Positions 24,974 through 39,243 of a stretch of 64,000 bases of DNA are shown here, piece after piece. The position numbers and the translations under genes were made by a program. The stretch lies in NCBI RefSeq assembly GCF_009914755.1, contig NC_060948.1. One strand, written 5' to 3'. Origin of the DNA: the human T2T-CHM13v2.0 reference genome, Homo sapiens. Numbering within the stretch: position 1 is the stretch's first letter; each line of letters begins with the position of its first letter. The notes under the pieces were generated by a model. That model made no database searches and was not told where the DNA came from. It was given only the letters and a program-made list of their open reading frames with translations.

Positions 24974-27900
24974 GGGAATCAAAAGGAATGTAATCGAATG
25001 GATTGGACTGGAATGCAATGGACTCGAATAGATTGCAAACAGAATGCAAAGGAATGGAATGGAATAGTATGGAATGGAATGGAAAGGAATGGAGTGGAAA
25101 GGAATGGAGTGGAATAGACTAGAGTGGAATGGAATGGACTGGAAAGCAATGGACTGGAATGGAACTTTCTTGAATGGACTGGAATCAAACGGAATGGAAT
25201 GCAATGCAATCAAATGGCATGGAATAAAATAGAATGAAAGAGAATCAAATGGAATTGAATCGAATGGAATCGAATGGATTGGAAAGGAATAGAATGGAAT
25301 GGAATGGAATGGACTCAAATGGAATGGACTAGAATGGAATGGATTCGAATGGAAGGCAAAGGAATGGAATCTATTGGAATGGACTGTAATGGAATGGAAT
25401 GGAAGGGATTGGAATGGACTCGAATGGAATGGACTGCAATAGAAAGGATTTGAATGGAATGAAAAAGAATTGAATGGAATAGAACAGAATGGAATCAAAT
25501 CGAATGAAATGGAATGGAATAGAAAGGAATGGAATGAAATGGAATGGAAAGGATTCGAATGGAATGCAATCGAATGGAATGGAATCGAACGGAATGGAAT
25601 AAAATGGAAGAAAACTGGCAAGAAATGGAATCGAAATGAATGGAGTGTTATGGAACGGACTCAAAAGGAATTGAATGTAATAGAATGGAGTGGAGTGGAC
25701 TCGAATATAATGGACTGGAATGGAATGAAATCACATGGAATGGGAACGAATGGAATGGAATGGAAAGGAATGGAATCGAATGGAAAGGAATCGAATGGAA
25801 GGGAATGAAATTGAATCAACAGGAATGGAAGGGAATAGAATAGACGGTAATGGAATGGACTCGAATAGAATGGACACGAATGCTCAAATTGAATGGACTC
25901 GAATGGAATGGAAACGAAAGGAATGTCATCGAATGGAATTGAATCGATTGGAATGAAATCGCATAGAATGGAGTGGAATCAAATGGAATTGAATCGAAAG
26001 GAAAGGAAGCGAATGGACTGAAATGAAATGGAATGGAATTGAATGGAAAGTAATGCAATGGAATAGAATGGAACGAAATTTCACGGAATGGAATCAAACT
26101 GAATAGAATCAAATCAATGGAATCAAATCAAATGGAATGGAAAGGAATTGAATGGAGTAGATTGGATTGGATGGGATTGGAATGAAATGTACTGGAAAGG
26201 ACTCGAATTTCATGAAACGGAATGGAATGAATTGGAACGGAATGGACTCGAATGGAATGGAATGTCATGGAATGGCATCAAATGGAATGGTATCAAATGG
26301 AATGGAATCGAATGCAATGGAATGCTATGGAATGGAATGGAATGCATTGGAATGGAATGTCCTCTAATGGAATGGATTCGAGTGGAATGGAATCGAATAT
26401 AATGGAGTCGAATGAAATGGAATTGAAAGGAATGGGATCGAATACAATGGAATATACTGGAATGTAATGTAATGAACTCGAATGTAATTGACTAGAATGG
26501 AATGTACATGAATGGAATGTAATCGAATGGAAAGTAATCCAATGGAATAGAATCTAATGCAATAAAATCGACTCAGATAGAGTAGAATGTAATGGAATGG
26601 AGTGCAGTGCAATGGAATGGAATGGAATGGAATGCAATGGAATGGAATGGAATGGAATGGAATGGAATGGGATGGGATGGAATGGTATGGAATGGATAGT
26701 AATGGACTGGAGTGAAATGGACTGGAAAGGAATGGACTCAAATTGAAAGGGCTCGAAAGGAATGGAGTCAAATGGAATGGTCTGGAATGGAATGAACACG
26801 AATGTAATGCAATCCAATAGAATGGAATCGAATGGCATGGAATATAAAGAAATGGAATCGGAGAGAATGGAAACAAATGGAATGGAATTGAATGGAATGG
26901 AATTGAATGGAATGGGAACGAATGGAGTGAAATTGTATGCAGTAGAAGGGAATAGAATGGAATGCAAGCGAAAGGAAAGGAATGGATTGGAATGGAATGG
27001 AATTCATTGGAATGGAAGGGAATGTAGTGTAATGGACAGGCCTGGAATAAAGTGGAATGCTACGGTCTCGAATGGAATAAAAATGTATGGAATGGAATGC
27101 AATGAAATGGAATCGAATGTCATAGAATGTAATGGAATGCAAAAAATGGAATCCAAAATCATTGACTGGAAAGGCTGGGTGTCGAAAGGAATTGACTCCA
27201 ATGGAATGGAATCGAATGGAATGGAAGTGAATAGAATCGAACTAAATCGAATGGAATGGAATTGATAGGAACGGAATGGAAAGGAATGCAATGATTTGGC
27301 ATGGAATGGAATCGAATGGCATCGAATGGAATGGAATGGAATGCAATGGAATGGAATGTATTAGAATGTAATGAACTTTAATGGAATGTACTCGAATGGA
27401 TTCGACTGGAATGGAATGTTCTGGAAGTGAATGGACTCCAATGGAATGGATTCCAAAGGAATGGAATCGTACGGAATGGAATCTAATGGAATGGAATTAA
27501 ATGGAAATGAATCAAATTGAATAGCACGGAATTGAATTGAATGGAATGGAATGCAATGGAATCTAATGAAACGGAAAGGAAAGGAATGGAATGGAATGGA
27601 ATGGGCTGGAATGGAAAGGAATCGAAACGAATGGAATGGAATCGAACTGAAGAGACTGGAATGGAATGCACTGGAATGGAAGGGAGTGTAATGGAAGGTT
27701 CTCGAAAAAAATGGAATCGAATGGAATGGAATTGAATGGAACGGAATAGAGTCGAATGGAATTGAATGGAATGGAATGGACTAGAGTGAAATGGAATCGA
27801 ACCACAAGGAATGGACAGGAATAGAATGGTCTCGAATTGAATGGAATCGTATGGAATGGCATCAAACGGAATGGAATGGACAGCCACGGAATGGAATGCA

Positions 27901-28546
27901 CTCGAATGCAATGGAGTCGAAACTAATGGACTGGAATAGAATGGACTCGACTGGTACGGACTCCAATGCAATGGAATCGAATGGAAGGGAATCGAACGGA
28001 ATGGACTCGAAGGGAAAAGACTGCAATGGAAAGGTCTCGAATGGAATGGAAATTAATGGAATGGAATGGAATCGAATGAAATGGAGTCAAAAGGAATGGA
28101 ATCGAATGGCAAGAAATCGAATGTAATGGAATCGCAAGGAATTGATGTGAACGGAACGGAATGGAATGGAATCCAAAGGAATGGAATAGAATGGAATGGA
28201 ATCGAATGGAAAGGACTCGAATGGCAATCACTCGAATAGAATGCAATTTAATAAAATAGGATCAAATGTAATGGAATGGAATGGAAAGGAATCGAAACGA
28301 AAGGAATGGAGACAGATGGAATGGAATGGAACAGAGAGCAATGGTATAGAATGGAACGGAATCATCTGGAATGGAATTGAATGGAATGGAATAATATGAA
28401 ATGGAATGGAATGGAATGGAATGGAATGCCCTTGAATTAAATGGACTGGAATGGAATGGACTCGAACAGAGTGGAATGGAAAGTGTTGAGATAGAATGGA
28501 ATGGACTCCTTTGGAATGGTCTAGTATGCAATGCAATCGACTGGCA
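24974..28546 (+). repeat. DYZ1 unit 8 (3573 bp; 15-bp duplication and 1-bp deletion)
   Basis: Anchors 24979 and 28552; duplication at 25081-25110; A6 instead of A7 at 27141-27146. Confidence 0.95.
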
Positions 28547-31500
28547 GGGAATCAAAAGGAATGTAATCGAATGGATTGGACTGGAATGCAATGGACTCGA
28601 ATAGATTGGAAACGGAATGCAAAGGAATGGAATGGAATAGTATGGAATGGAATGGAAAGGAATGGAGTGGAATAGACTAGAGTGGAATGGAATGGACTGG
28701 AAAGCAATGGACTGGAATGGAACTTTCTTGAATGGACTGGAATCAAACGGAATGGAATGCAATGCAATCAAATGGCATGGAATAAAATAGAATGAAAGAG
28801 AATCAAATGGAATTGAATCGAATGGAATCGAATGGATTGGAAAGGAATAGAATGGAATGGAATGGAATTGACTCAAATGGAATGGACTAGAATGGAATGG
28901 ATTCGAATGGAAGGCAAAGGAATGGAATCTATTGGAATGGACTGTAATGGAATGGAATGGAAGGGATTGGAATGGACTCGAATGGAATGGACTGCAATAG
29001 AAAGGATTCGAATGGAATGAAAAAGAATTGAATGGAATAGAACAGAATGGAATCAAATCGAATGAAATGGAATGGAATAGAAAGGAATGGAATGAAATGG
29101 AATGGAAAGGATTCGAATGGAATGCAATCGAATGGAATGGAATCGAACGGAATGGAATAAAATGGAAGAAAACTGGCAAGAAATGGAATCGAAATGAATG
29201 GAGTGTTATGGAACGGACTCAAAAGGAATTGAATGTAATAGAATGGAGTGGAGTGGACTCGAATATAATGGACTGGAATGGAATGAAATCACATGGAATG
29301 GGAACGAATGGAATGGAATGGAAAGGAATGGAATCGAATGGAAAGGAATCGAATGGAAGGGAATGAAATTGAATCAACAGGAATGGAAGGGAATAGAATA
29401 GACGGTAATGGAATGGACTCGAATAGAATGGACACGAATGCTCAAATTGAATGGACTCGAATGGAATGGAAACGAAAGGAATGTCATCGAATGGAATTGA
29501 ATCGATTGGAATGAAATCGCATAGAATGGAGTGGAATCAAATGGAATTGAATCGAAAGGAAAGGAAGCGAATGGACTGAAATGAAATGGAATGGAATTGA
29601 ATGGAAAGTAATGCAATGGAATAGAATGGAACGAAATTTCACGGAATGGAATCAAACTGAATGGAATCAAATCAATGGAATCTAATCAAATGGAATGGAA
29701 AGGAATTGAATGGAGTAGATTGGATTGGATGGGATTGGAATGAAATGTACTGGAAAGGACTCGAATTTCATGAAACGGAATGGAATGAATTGGAACGGAA
29801 CGGACTCGAATGGAATGGAATGTCATGGAATGGCATCAAATGGAATGGCATCAAATGGAATGGAATCGAATGCAATGGAATGTTACGGAATGGAATGGAA
29901 TGCATTGGAATGGAATGTCCTCTAATGGAATGGATTCGAGTGGAATGGAATCGAATATAATGGAGTCGAATGAAATGGAATTGAAAGGAATGGGATCGAA
30001 TAGAATGGAATATACTGGAATGTAATGTAATGAACTCGAATGTAATTGACTGGAATGGAATGTACATGAATGGAAGGTAATCGAATGGAAAGTAATCCAA
30101 TGGAATAGAATCTAATGCAATAAAATCGACTCAGATAGAGTAGAATGTAATGGAATGGAGTGCAGTGCAATGGAATGGAATGGAATTGAATGCAATGGAA
30201 TGGAATGGAATGGAATGGAATGGAATGGAATGGAATGGGATGGAATGGTATGGAATGGATAGTAATGGACTGGAGTGAAATGGACTGGAAAGGAATGGAC
30301 TCAAATTGAAAGGGCTCGAAAGGAATGGAGTCAAATGGAATGGTCTGGAATGGAATGAACACGAATGTAATGCAATCCAATAGAATGGAATCGAATGGCA
30401 TGGAATATAAAGAAATGGATTCGAAGAGAATGGAAACAAATGGAATGGAATTGAATGGAATGGAATTGAATGGAATGGGAACGAATGGAGTGAAATTGTA
30501 TGCAGTAGAAGGGAATAGAATGGAATGCAAGCGAAAGGAAAGGAATGGATTGGAATGGAATGGAATTCATTGGAATGGAAGGGAATGTAGTGTAATGGAC
30601 AGGCCTGGAATAAAGTGGAATGCTACGGTCTCGAATGGAATAAAAATGTATGGAATGGAATACAAAGAAACGGAATCGAATGTCATAGAATGTAATGGAA
30701 TGCAACAAAATGGAATCCAAAATCATTGACTGGAAAGGCTGGGTGTCGAAAGGAATTGACTCCAATGGAATGGAATCGAATGGAATGGAAGTGAATAGAA
30801 TCGAACTAAATCGAATGGAATGGAATTGATAGGAACGGAATGGAAAGGAATGCAATGATTTGGCATGGAATGGAATCGAATGGCATCGAATGGAATGGAA
30901 TGGAATGCAATGGAATGGAATGTATTAGAATGTAATGAACTTTAATGGAATGTACTCGAATGGATTCGACTGGAATGGAATGTTCTGGAAGTGAATGGAC
31001 TCCAATGGAATGGATTCAAAAGGAATGGAATCGTACGGAATGGAATCTAATGGAATGGAATTAAATGGAAATGAATCAAATTGAATAGCACGGAATTGAA
31101 TTGAATGGAATGGAATGCAATGGAATCTAATGAAACGGAAAGGAAAGGAATGGAATGGAATGGAATGGGCTGGAATGGAAAGGAATCGAAACGAATGGAA
31201 TGGAATCGAACTGAAGAGACTGGAATGGAATGCAATGGAATGGAATGCACTGGAATGGAAGGGAGTGTAATGGAAGGTTCTCGAAAAAAATGGAATCGAA
31301 TGGAATGGAATTGAATGGAACGGAATAGAGTCGAATGGAATTGAATGGAATGGAATGGACTAGAGTGAAATGGAATCAAACCACAAGGAATGGAGAGGAA
31401 TAGAATGGTCTCGAATTGAATGGAATCGTATGGAATGGCATCAAACGGAATGGAATGGACAGCCACGGAATGGAATGCACTCGAATGCAATGGAGTCGAA

Positions 31501-32125
31501 ACTAATGGACTGGAATAGAATGGACTCGACTGGTACGGACTCCAATGCAATGGAATCGAATGGAAGGGAATCGAACGGAATGGACTCGAAGGGAAAAGAC
31601 TGCAATGGAAAGGTCTCGAATGGAATGGAAATTAATGGAATGGAATGGAATGGAATGAAATGGAGTCAAAAGGAATGGAATCGAATGGCAAGAAATCGAA
31701 TGTAATGGAATCGCAAGGAATTGATGTGAACGGAACGGAATGGAATGGAATCCAAAGGAATGGAATAGAATGGAATGGAATCGAATGGAAAGGACTCGAA
31801 TGGAAATCACTCGAATAGAATGCAATTTAATAAAATAGGATCAAATGTAATGGAATGGAATGGAAAGGAATCGAAACGAAAGGAATGGAGACAGATGGAA
31901 TGGAATAGAACAGAGAGCAATGGTATAGAATGGAATGGAATCATCTGGAATGGAATTGAATGGAATGGAATAATATGAAATGGAATGGAATGGAATGGAA
32001 TGGAATGCCCTTGAATTAAATGGACTGGAATGGAATGGACTCGAACAGAGTGGAATGGAAAGTGTTGAGATAGAATGGAATGGACTCCTTTGGAATGGTG
32101 TAGTATGCAATGCAATCGACTGGCA
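28547..32125 (+). repeat. DYZ1 unit 9 (3579 bp; 15-bp insertion)
   Basis: Anchors 28552 and 32131; insertion at ~31222-31236. Confidence 0.95.
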
Positions 32126-35100
32126 GGGAATCAAAAGGAATGTAATGGAATGGACTGGACTGGAATGCAATGGACTCGAATAGATTGGAAACGGAATGCA
32201 AAGAAATGGAATGGAATAGTATGGAATGGAATGGAAAGGAATGGAGTGGAATAGACTAGAGTGGAATGGAATGGACTGGAAAGCAATGGACTGGAATGGA
32301 ACTTTCTTGAATGGACTGGAATCAAACGGAATGGAATGCAATGCAATCAAATGGCATGGAATAAAATAGAATGAAAGAGAATCAAATGGAATTGAATCGA
32401 ATGGAATCGAATGGATTGGAAAGGAATAGAATGGAATGGAATGGAATGGACTCAAATGGAATGGACTAGAATGGAATGGATTCGAATGGAAGGCAAAGGA
32501 ATGGAATCTATTGGAATGGACTGTAATGGAATGGAATGGAAGGGATTGGAATGGACTCGAATGGAATGGACTGCAATAGAAAGGATTCGAATGGAATGAA
32601 AAAGAATTGAATGGAATAGAACAGAATGGAATCAAATCGAATGAAATGGAATGGAATAGAAAGGAATGGAATGAAATGGAATGGAAAGGATTCGAATGGA
32701 ATGCAATCGAATGGAATGGAATCGAACGGAATGGAATAAAATGGAAGAAAACTGGCAAGAAATGGAATCGAAATGAATGGAGTGTTATGGAACGGACTCA
32801 AAAGGAATTGAATGTAATAGAATGGAGTGGAGTGGACTCGAATATAATGGACTGGAATGGAATGAAATCACATGGAATGGGAACGAATGGAATGGAATGG
32901 AAAGGAATGGAATCGAATGGAAGGGAATGAAATTGAATCAACAGGAATGGAAGGGAATAGAATAGACGGTAATGGAATGGACTCGAATAGAATGGACACG
33001 AATGCTCAAATTGAATGGACTCGAATGGAATGGAAACGAAAGGAATGTCATCGAATGGAATTGAATCGATTGGAATGAAATCGCATAGAATGGAGTGGAA
33101 TCAAATGGAATTGAATCGAAAGGAAAGGAAGCGAATGGACTGAAATGAAATGGAATGGAATTGAATGGAAAGTAATGCAATGGAATAGAATGGAACGAAA
33201 TTTCACGGAATGGAATCAAACTGAATGGAATCAAATCAATGGAATCAAATCAAATGGAATGGAAAGGAATTGAATGGAGTAGATTGGATTGGATGGGATT
33301 GGAATGAAATGTACTGGAAAGGACTCGAATTTCATGAAACGGAATGGAATGAATTGGAACGGAATGGACTCGAATGGAATGGAATGTCATGGAATGGCAT
33401 CAAATGGAACGGCATCAAATGGAATAGAATCGAATGCAATGGAATGCTATGGAATGGAATGGAATGCATTGGAATGGAATGTCCTCTAATGGAATGGATT
33501 CGAGTGGAATGGAATCGAATATAATGGAGTCGAATGAAATGGAATTGAAAGGAATGGGATCGAATACAATGGAATATACTGGAATGTAACGTAATGAACT
33601 CGAATGTAATTGACTGGAATGGAATGTACATGAATGGAATGTAATCGAATGGAAAGTAATCCAATGGAATAGAATCTAATGCAATAAAATCGACTCAGAT
33701 AGAGTAGAATGTAATGGAATGGAGTTCAGTGCAATGGAATGGAATGGAATGGAATGCAATTGAATGGAATGGAATGGAATGGAATGGAATGGAATGGGAT
33801 GGAATGGTATGGAATGGATAGTAATGGACTGGAGTGAAATGGACTGGAAAGGAATGGACTCAAATTGAAAGGGCTCGAAAGGAATGGAGTCAAATGGAAT
33901 GGTCTGGAATGGAATGAACACGAATGTAATGCAATCCAATAGAATGGAATCGAATGGCATGGAATATAAAGAAATGGAATCGGAGAGAATGGAAACAAAT
34001 GGAATGGAATTGAATGGAATGGAATTGAATGGAATGGGAACGAATGGAGTGAAATTGTATGCAGTAGAAGGGAATAGAATGGAATGCAAGCGAAAGGAAA
34101 GGAATGGATTGGAATGGAATGGAATTCATTGGAATGGAAGGGAATGTAGTGTAATGGACAGGCCTGGAATAAAGTGGAATGCTACGGTCTCGAATGGGAT
34201 AAAAATGTATGGAATGGAATGCAATGAAATGGAATCGAATGTCATAGAATGTAATGGAATGCAACAAAATGGAATCCAAAATCATTGACTGGAAAGGCTG
34301 GGTGTCGAAAGGAATTGACTCCAATGGAATGGAATCGAATGGAATGGAAGTGAATAGAATCGAACTAAATCGAATGGAATGGAATTGATAGGAACGGAAT
34401 GGAAAGGAATGCAATGATTTGGCATGGAATGGAATCGAATGGCATCGAATGGAATGGAATGGAATGCAATGGAATGGAATGTATTAGAATGTAATGAACT
34501 TTAATGGAATGTACTCGAATGGATTCGACTGGAATGGAATGTTCTGGAAGTGAATGGACTCCAATGGAATGGATTCCAAAGGAATGGAATCGTACGGAAT
34601 GGAATCTAATGGAATGGAATTAAATGGAAATGAATCAAATTGAATAGCACGGAATTGAATTGAATGGAATGGAATGCAATGGAATCTAATGAAACGGAAA
34701 GGAAAGGAATGGAATGGAATGGAATGGGCTGGAATGGAAAGGAATCGAAACGAATGGAATGGAATCGAACTGAAGAGACTGGAATGGAATGCACTGGAAT
34801 GGAAGGGAGTGTAATGGAAGGTTCTCGAAAAAAATGGAATCGAATGGAATGGAATTGAATGGAACGGAATAGAGTCGAATGGAATTGAATGGAATGGAAT
34901 GGACTAGAGTGATATGGAATCGAACCACAAGGAATGGAGAGGAATAGAATGGTCTCGAATTGAATGGAATCGTATGGAGTGGCATCAAACGGAATGGAAT
35001 GGACAGCCACGGAATGGAATGCACTCGAATGCAATGGAGTCGAAACTAATGGACTGGAATAGAATGGACTCGACTGGTACGGACTCCAATGGAATGGAAT

Positions 35101-35669
35101 CGAATGGAAGGGAATCGAACGGAATGGACTCGAAGGGAAAAGACTGCAATGGAAAGGTCTCGAATGGAATGGAAATTAATGGAATGGAATGGAATCGAAT
35201 GAAATGGAGTCAAAAGGAATGGAATCGAATGGCAACAAATCGAATGTAATGGAATCGCAAGGAATTGATGTGAAAGGAACGGAATGGAATGGAATCCAAA
35301 GGAATGGAATAGAATGGAATGGAATCGAATGGAAAGGACTCGAATGGAAATCACTCGAATAGAATGCAATTTAATAAAATAGGATCAAATGTAATGGAAT
35401 GGAATGGAAAGGAATCGAAACGAAAGGAATGGAGACAGATGGAATGGAATGGAACAGAGAGCAATGGTATAGAATGGAATGGAATCATCTGGAATGGAAT
35501 TGAATGGAATGGAATAATATGAAATGGAATGGAATGGAATGGAATGGAATGCCCTTGAATTAAATGGACTGGAATGGAATGGACTCGAACAGAGTGGAAT
35601 GGAAAGTGTTGAGATAGAATGGAATGGACTCCTTTGGAATGGTGTAGTATGCAATGCAATCGACTGGCA
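32126..35669 (+). repeat. DYZ1 unit 10 (3544 bp; 15-bp deletion)
   Basis: Anchors 32131 and 35675; deletion at ~32909-32922. Confidence 0.95.
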
Positions 35670-38600
35670 GGGAATCAAAAGGAATGTAATGGAATGGACT
35701 GGACTGGAATGCAATGGACTCGAATAGATTGGAAACGGAATGCAAAGAAATGGAATGGAATAGTATGGAATGGAATGGAAAGGAATGGAGTGGAATAGAC
35801 TAGAGTGGAATGGAATGGACTGGAAAGCAATGGACTGGAATGGAACTTTCTTGAATGGACTGGAATCAAACGGAATGGAATGCAATGCAATCAAATGGCA
35901 TGGAATAAAATAGAATGAAAGAGAATCAAATGGAATTGAATCGAATGGAATCGAATGGATTGGAAAGGAATAGAATGGAATGGAATGGAATGGACTCAAA
36001 TGGAATGGACTAGAATGGAATGGATTCGAATGGAAGGCAAAGGAATGGAATCTATTGGAATGGACTGTAATGGAATGGAATGGAAGGGATTGGAATGGAC
36101 TCGAATGGAATGGACTGCAATAGAAAGGATTCGAATGGAATGAAAAAGAATTGAATGGAATAGAACAGAATGGAATCAAATCGAATGAAATGGAATGGAA
36201 TAGAAAGTAATGGAATGAAATGGAATGGAAAGGATTCGAATGGAATGCAATCGAATGGAATGGAATCGAACGGAATGGAATAAAATGGAAGAAAACTGGC
36301 AAGAAATGGAATCGAAATGAATGGAGTGTTATGGAACGGACTCAAAAGGAATTGAATGTAATAGAGTGGAGTGGAGTGGACTCGAATATAATGGACTGGA
36401 ATGGAATGAAATCACATGGAATGGGAACGAATGGAATGGAATGGAAAGGAATGGAATCGAATGGAAAGGAATCGAATGGAAGGGAATGAAATTGAATCAA
36501 CAGGAATGGAAGGGAATAGAATAGACGGTAATGGAATGGACTCGAATAGAATGGACACGAATGCTGAAATGGAATGGACTCGAATGGAATGGAAACGAAA
36601 GGAATGTCATCGAATGGAATTGAATCGATTGGAATGAAATCGCATAGAATGGAGTGGAATCAAATGGAATTGAATCGAAAGGAAAGGAAGCGAATGGACT
36701 GAAATGAAATGGAATGGAATTGAATGGAAAGTAACGCAATGGAATAGAATGGAACGAAATTTCACGGAATGGAATCAAACTGAATGGAATCAAATCAATG
36801 GAATCAAATCAAATGGAATGGAAAGGAATTGAATGGAGTAGATTGGATTGGATGGGATTGGAATGAAATGTACTGGAAAGGACTCGAATTTCATGAAACG
36901 GAATGGAATGAATTGGAACGGAATGGACTCGAATGGAATGGAATGTCATGGAATGGCATCAAATGGAATGGCATCAAATGGAATGGAATCGAATGCAATG
37001 GAATGCTATGGAATGGAATGGAATGCATTGGAATGGAATGTCCTCTAATGGAATGGATTCGAGTGGAATGGAATCGAATATAATGGAGTCGAATGAAATG
37101 GAATTGAAAGGAATGGGATCGAATAGAATGGAATATACTGGAATGTAATGTAATGAACTCGAATGTAATTGACTGGAATGGAATGTACATGAATGGAATG
37201 TAATCGAATGGAAAGTAATCCAATGGAATAGAATCTAATGCAATAAAACCGACTCAGATAGAGTAGAATGTAATGGAATGGAGTTCAGTGCAATGGAAGG
37301 GAATGGAATTGAATGCAATGGAATGGAATGGAATGGAATGGAATGGAATGGAATGGAATGGAATGGAATGGGATGGAATGGTATGGAATGGATAGTAATG
37401 GACTGGAGTGAAATGGACTGGAAAGGAATGGACTCAAATTGAAAGGGCTCGAAAGGAATGGAGTCAAATGGAATGGTCTGGAATGGAATGAACACGAATG
37501 TAATGCAATCCAATAGAATGGAATCGAATGGCATGGAATATAAAGAAATGGAATCGAAGAGAATGGAAACAAATGGAATGGAATTGAATGGAATGGAATT
37601 GAATGGAATGGGAACGAATGGAGTGAAATTGTATGCAGTAGAAGGGAATAGAATGGAATGCAAGCGAAAGGAAAGGAATGGATTGGAATGGAATGGAATT
37701 CATTGGAATGGAAGGGAATGTAGTGTAATGGACAGGCCTGGAATAAAGTGGAATGCTACGGTCTCGAATGGAATAAAAATGTATGGAATGGAATGCAATG
37801 AAACGGAATCGAATGTCATAGAATGTAATGGAATGCAAAAAAATGGACTCCAAAATCATTGACTGGAAAGGCTGGGTGTCGAAAGGAATTGACTCCAATG
37901 GAATGGAATCGAATGGAATGGAAGTGAATAGAATCGAACTAAATCGAATGGAATGGAATTGATAGGAACGGAATGGAAAGGAATGCAATGATTTGGCATG
38001 GAATGGAATCGAATGGCATCGAATGGAATGGAATGGAATGCAATGGAATGGAATGTATTAGAATGTAATGAACTTTAATGGAATGTACTCGAATGGATTC
38101 GACTGGAATGGAATGTTCTGGAAGTGAATGGACTCCAATGGAATGGATTCCAAAGGAATGGAATCGTACGGAATGGAATCTAATGGAATGGAATTAAATG
38201 GAAATGAATCAAATTGAATAGCACGGAATTGAATTGAATGGAATGGAATGCAATGGAATCTAATGAAACGGAAAGGAAAGGAATGGAATGGAATGGAATG
38301 GACTGGAATGGAAAGGAATCGAAACGAATGGAATGGAATCGAACTGAAGAGACTGGAATGGAATGCACTGTAATGGAAGGGAGTGTAATGGAAGGTTCTC
38401 GAAAAAAATGGAATCGAATGGAATGGAATTGAATGGAACGGAATAGAGTCGAATGGAATTGAATGGAATGGAATGGACTAGAGTGAAATGGAATCGAACC
38501 ACAAGGAATGGACATGAATAGAATGGTCTCGAATTGAATGGAATCGTATGGAATGGCATCAAACGGAATGGAATGGACAGCCACGGAATGGAATGCACTC

Positions 38601-39243
38601 GAATGCAATGGAGTCGAAACTAATGGACTGGAATAGAATGGACTCGACTGGTACGGACTCCAATGGAATGGAATCGAATGGAAGGGAATCGAACGGAATG
38701 GACTCGAAGGGAAAAGACTGCAATGGAAAGGTCTCGAATGGAATGGAAATTAATGGAATGGAATGGAATCGAATGAAATGTAGTCAAAAGGAATGGAATC
38801 GTATGGCAAGAAATCGAATGTAATGGAATCACAAGGAATTGATGTGAACGGAACGGAATGGAATGGAATCCAAAGGAATGGAATAGAATGGAATGGAATC
38901 GAATGGAAAGGACTCGAATGGAAATCACTCGAATAGAATGCAATTTAATAAAATAGGATCAAATGTAATGGAATGGAATGAAAAGGAATCGAAACGAAAG
39001 GAATGGAGACAGATGGAATGGAATGGAACAGAGAGCAATGGTATAGAATGGAATGGAATCATCTGGAATGGAATTGAATGGAATGGAATAATATGAAATG
39101 GAATGGAATGGAATGGAATGGAATGCCCTTGAATTAAATGGACTGGAATGGAATGGACTCGAACAGAGTGGAATGGAAAGTGTTGAGATAGAATGGAATG
39201 GACTCCTTTGGAATGGTGTAGTATGCAATGCAATCGACTGGCA
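35670..39243 (+). repeat. DYZ1 unit 11 (3574 bp; close sister of unit 1)
   Basis: Anchors 35675 and 39249; shares rare variants with unit 1. Confidence 0.95.
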
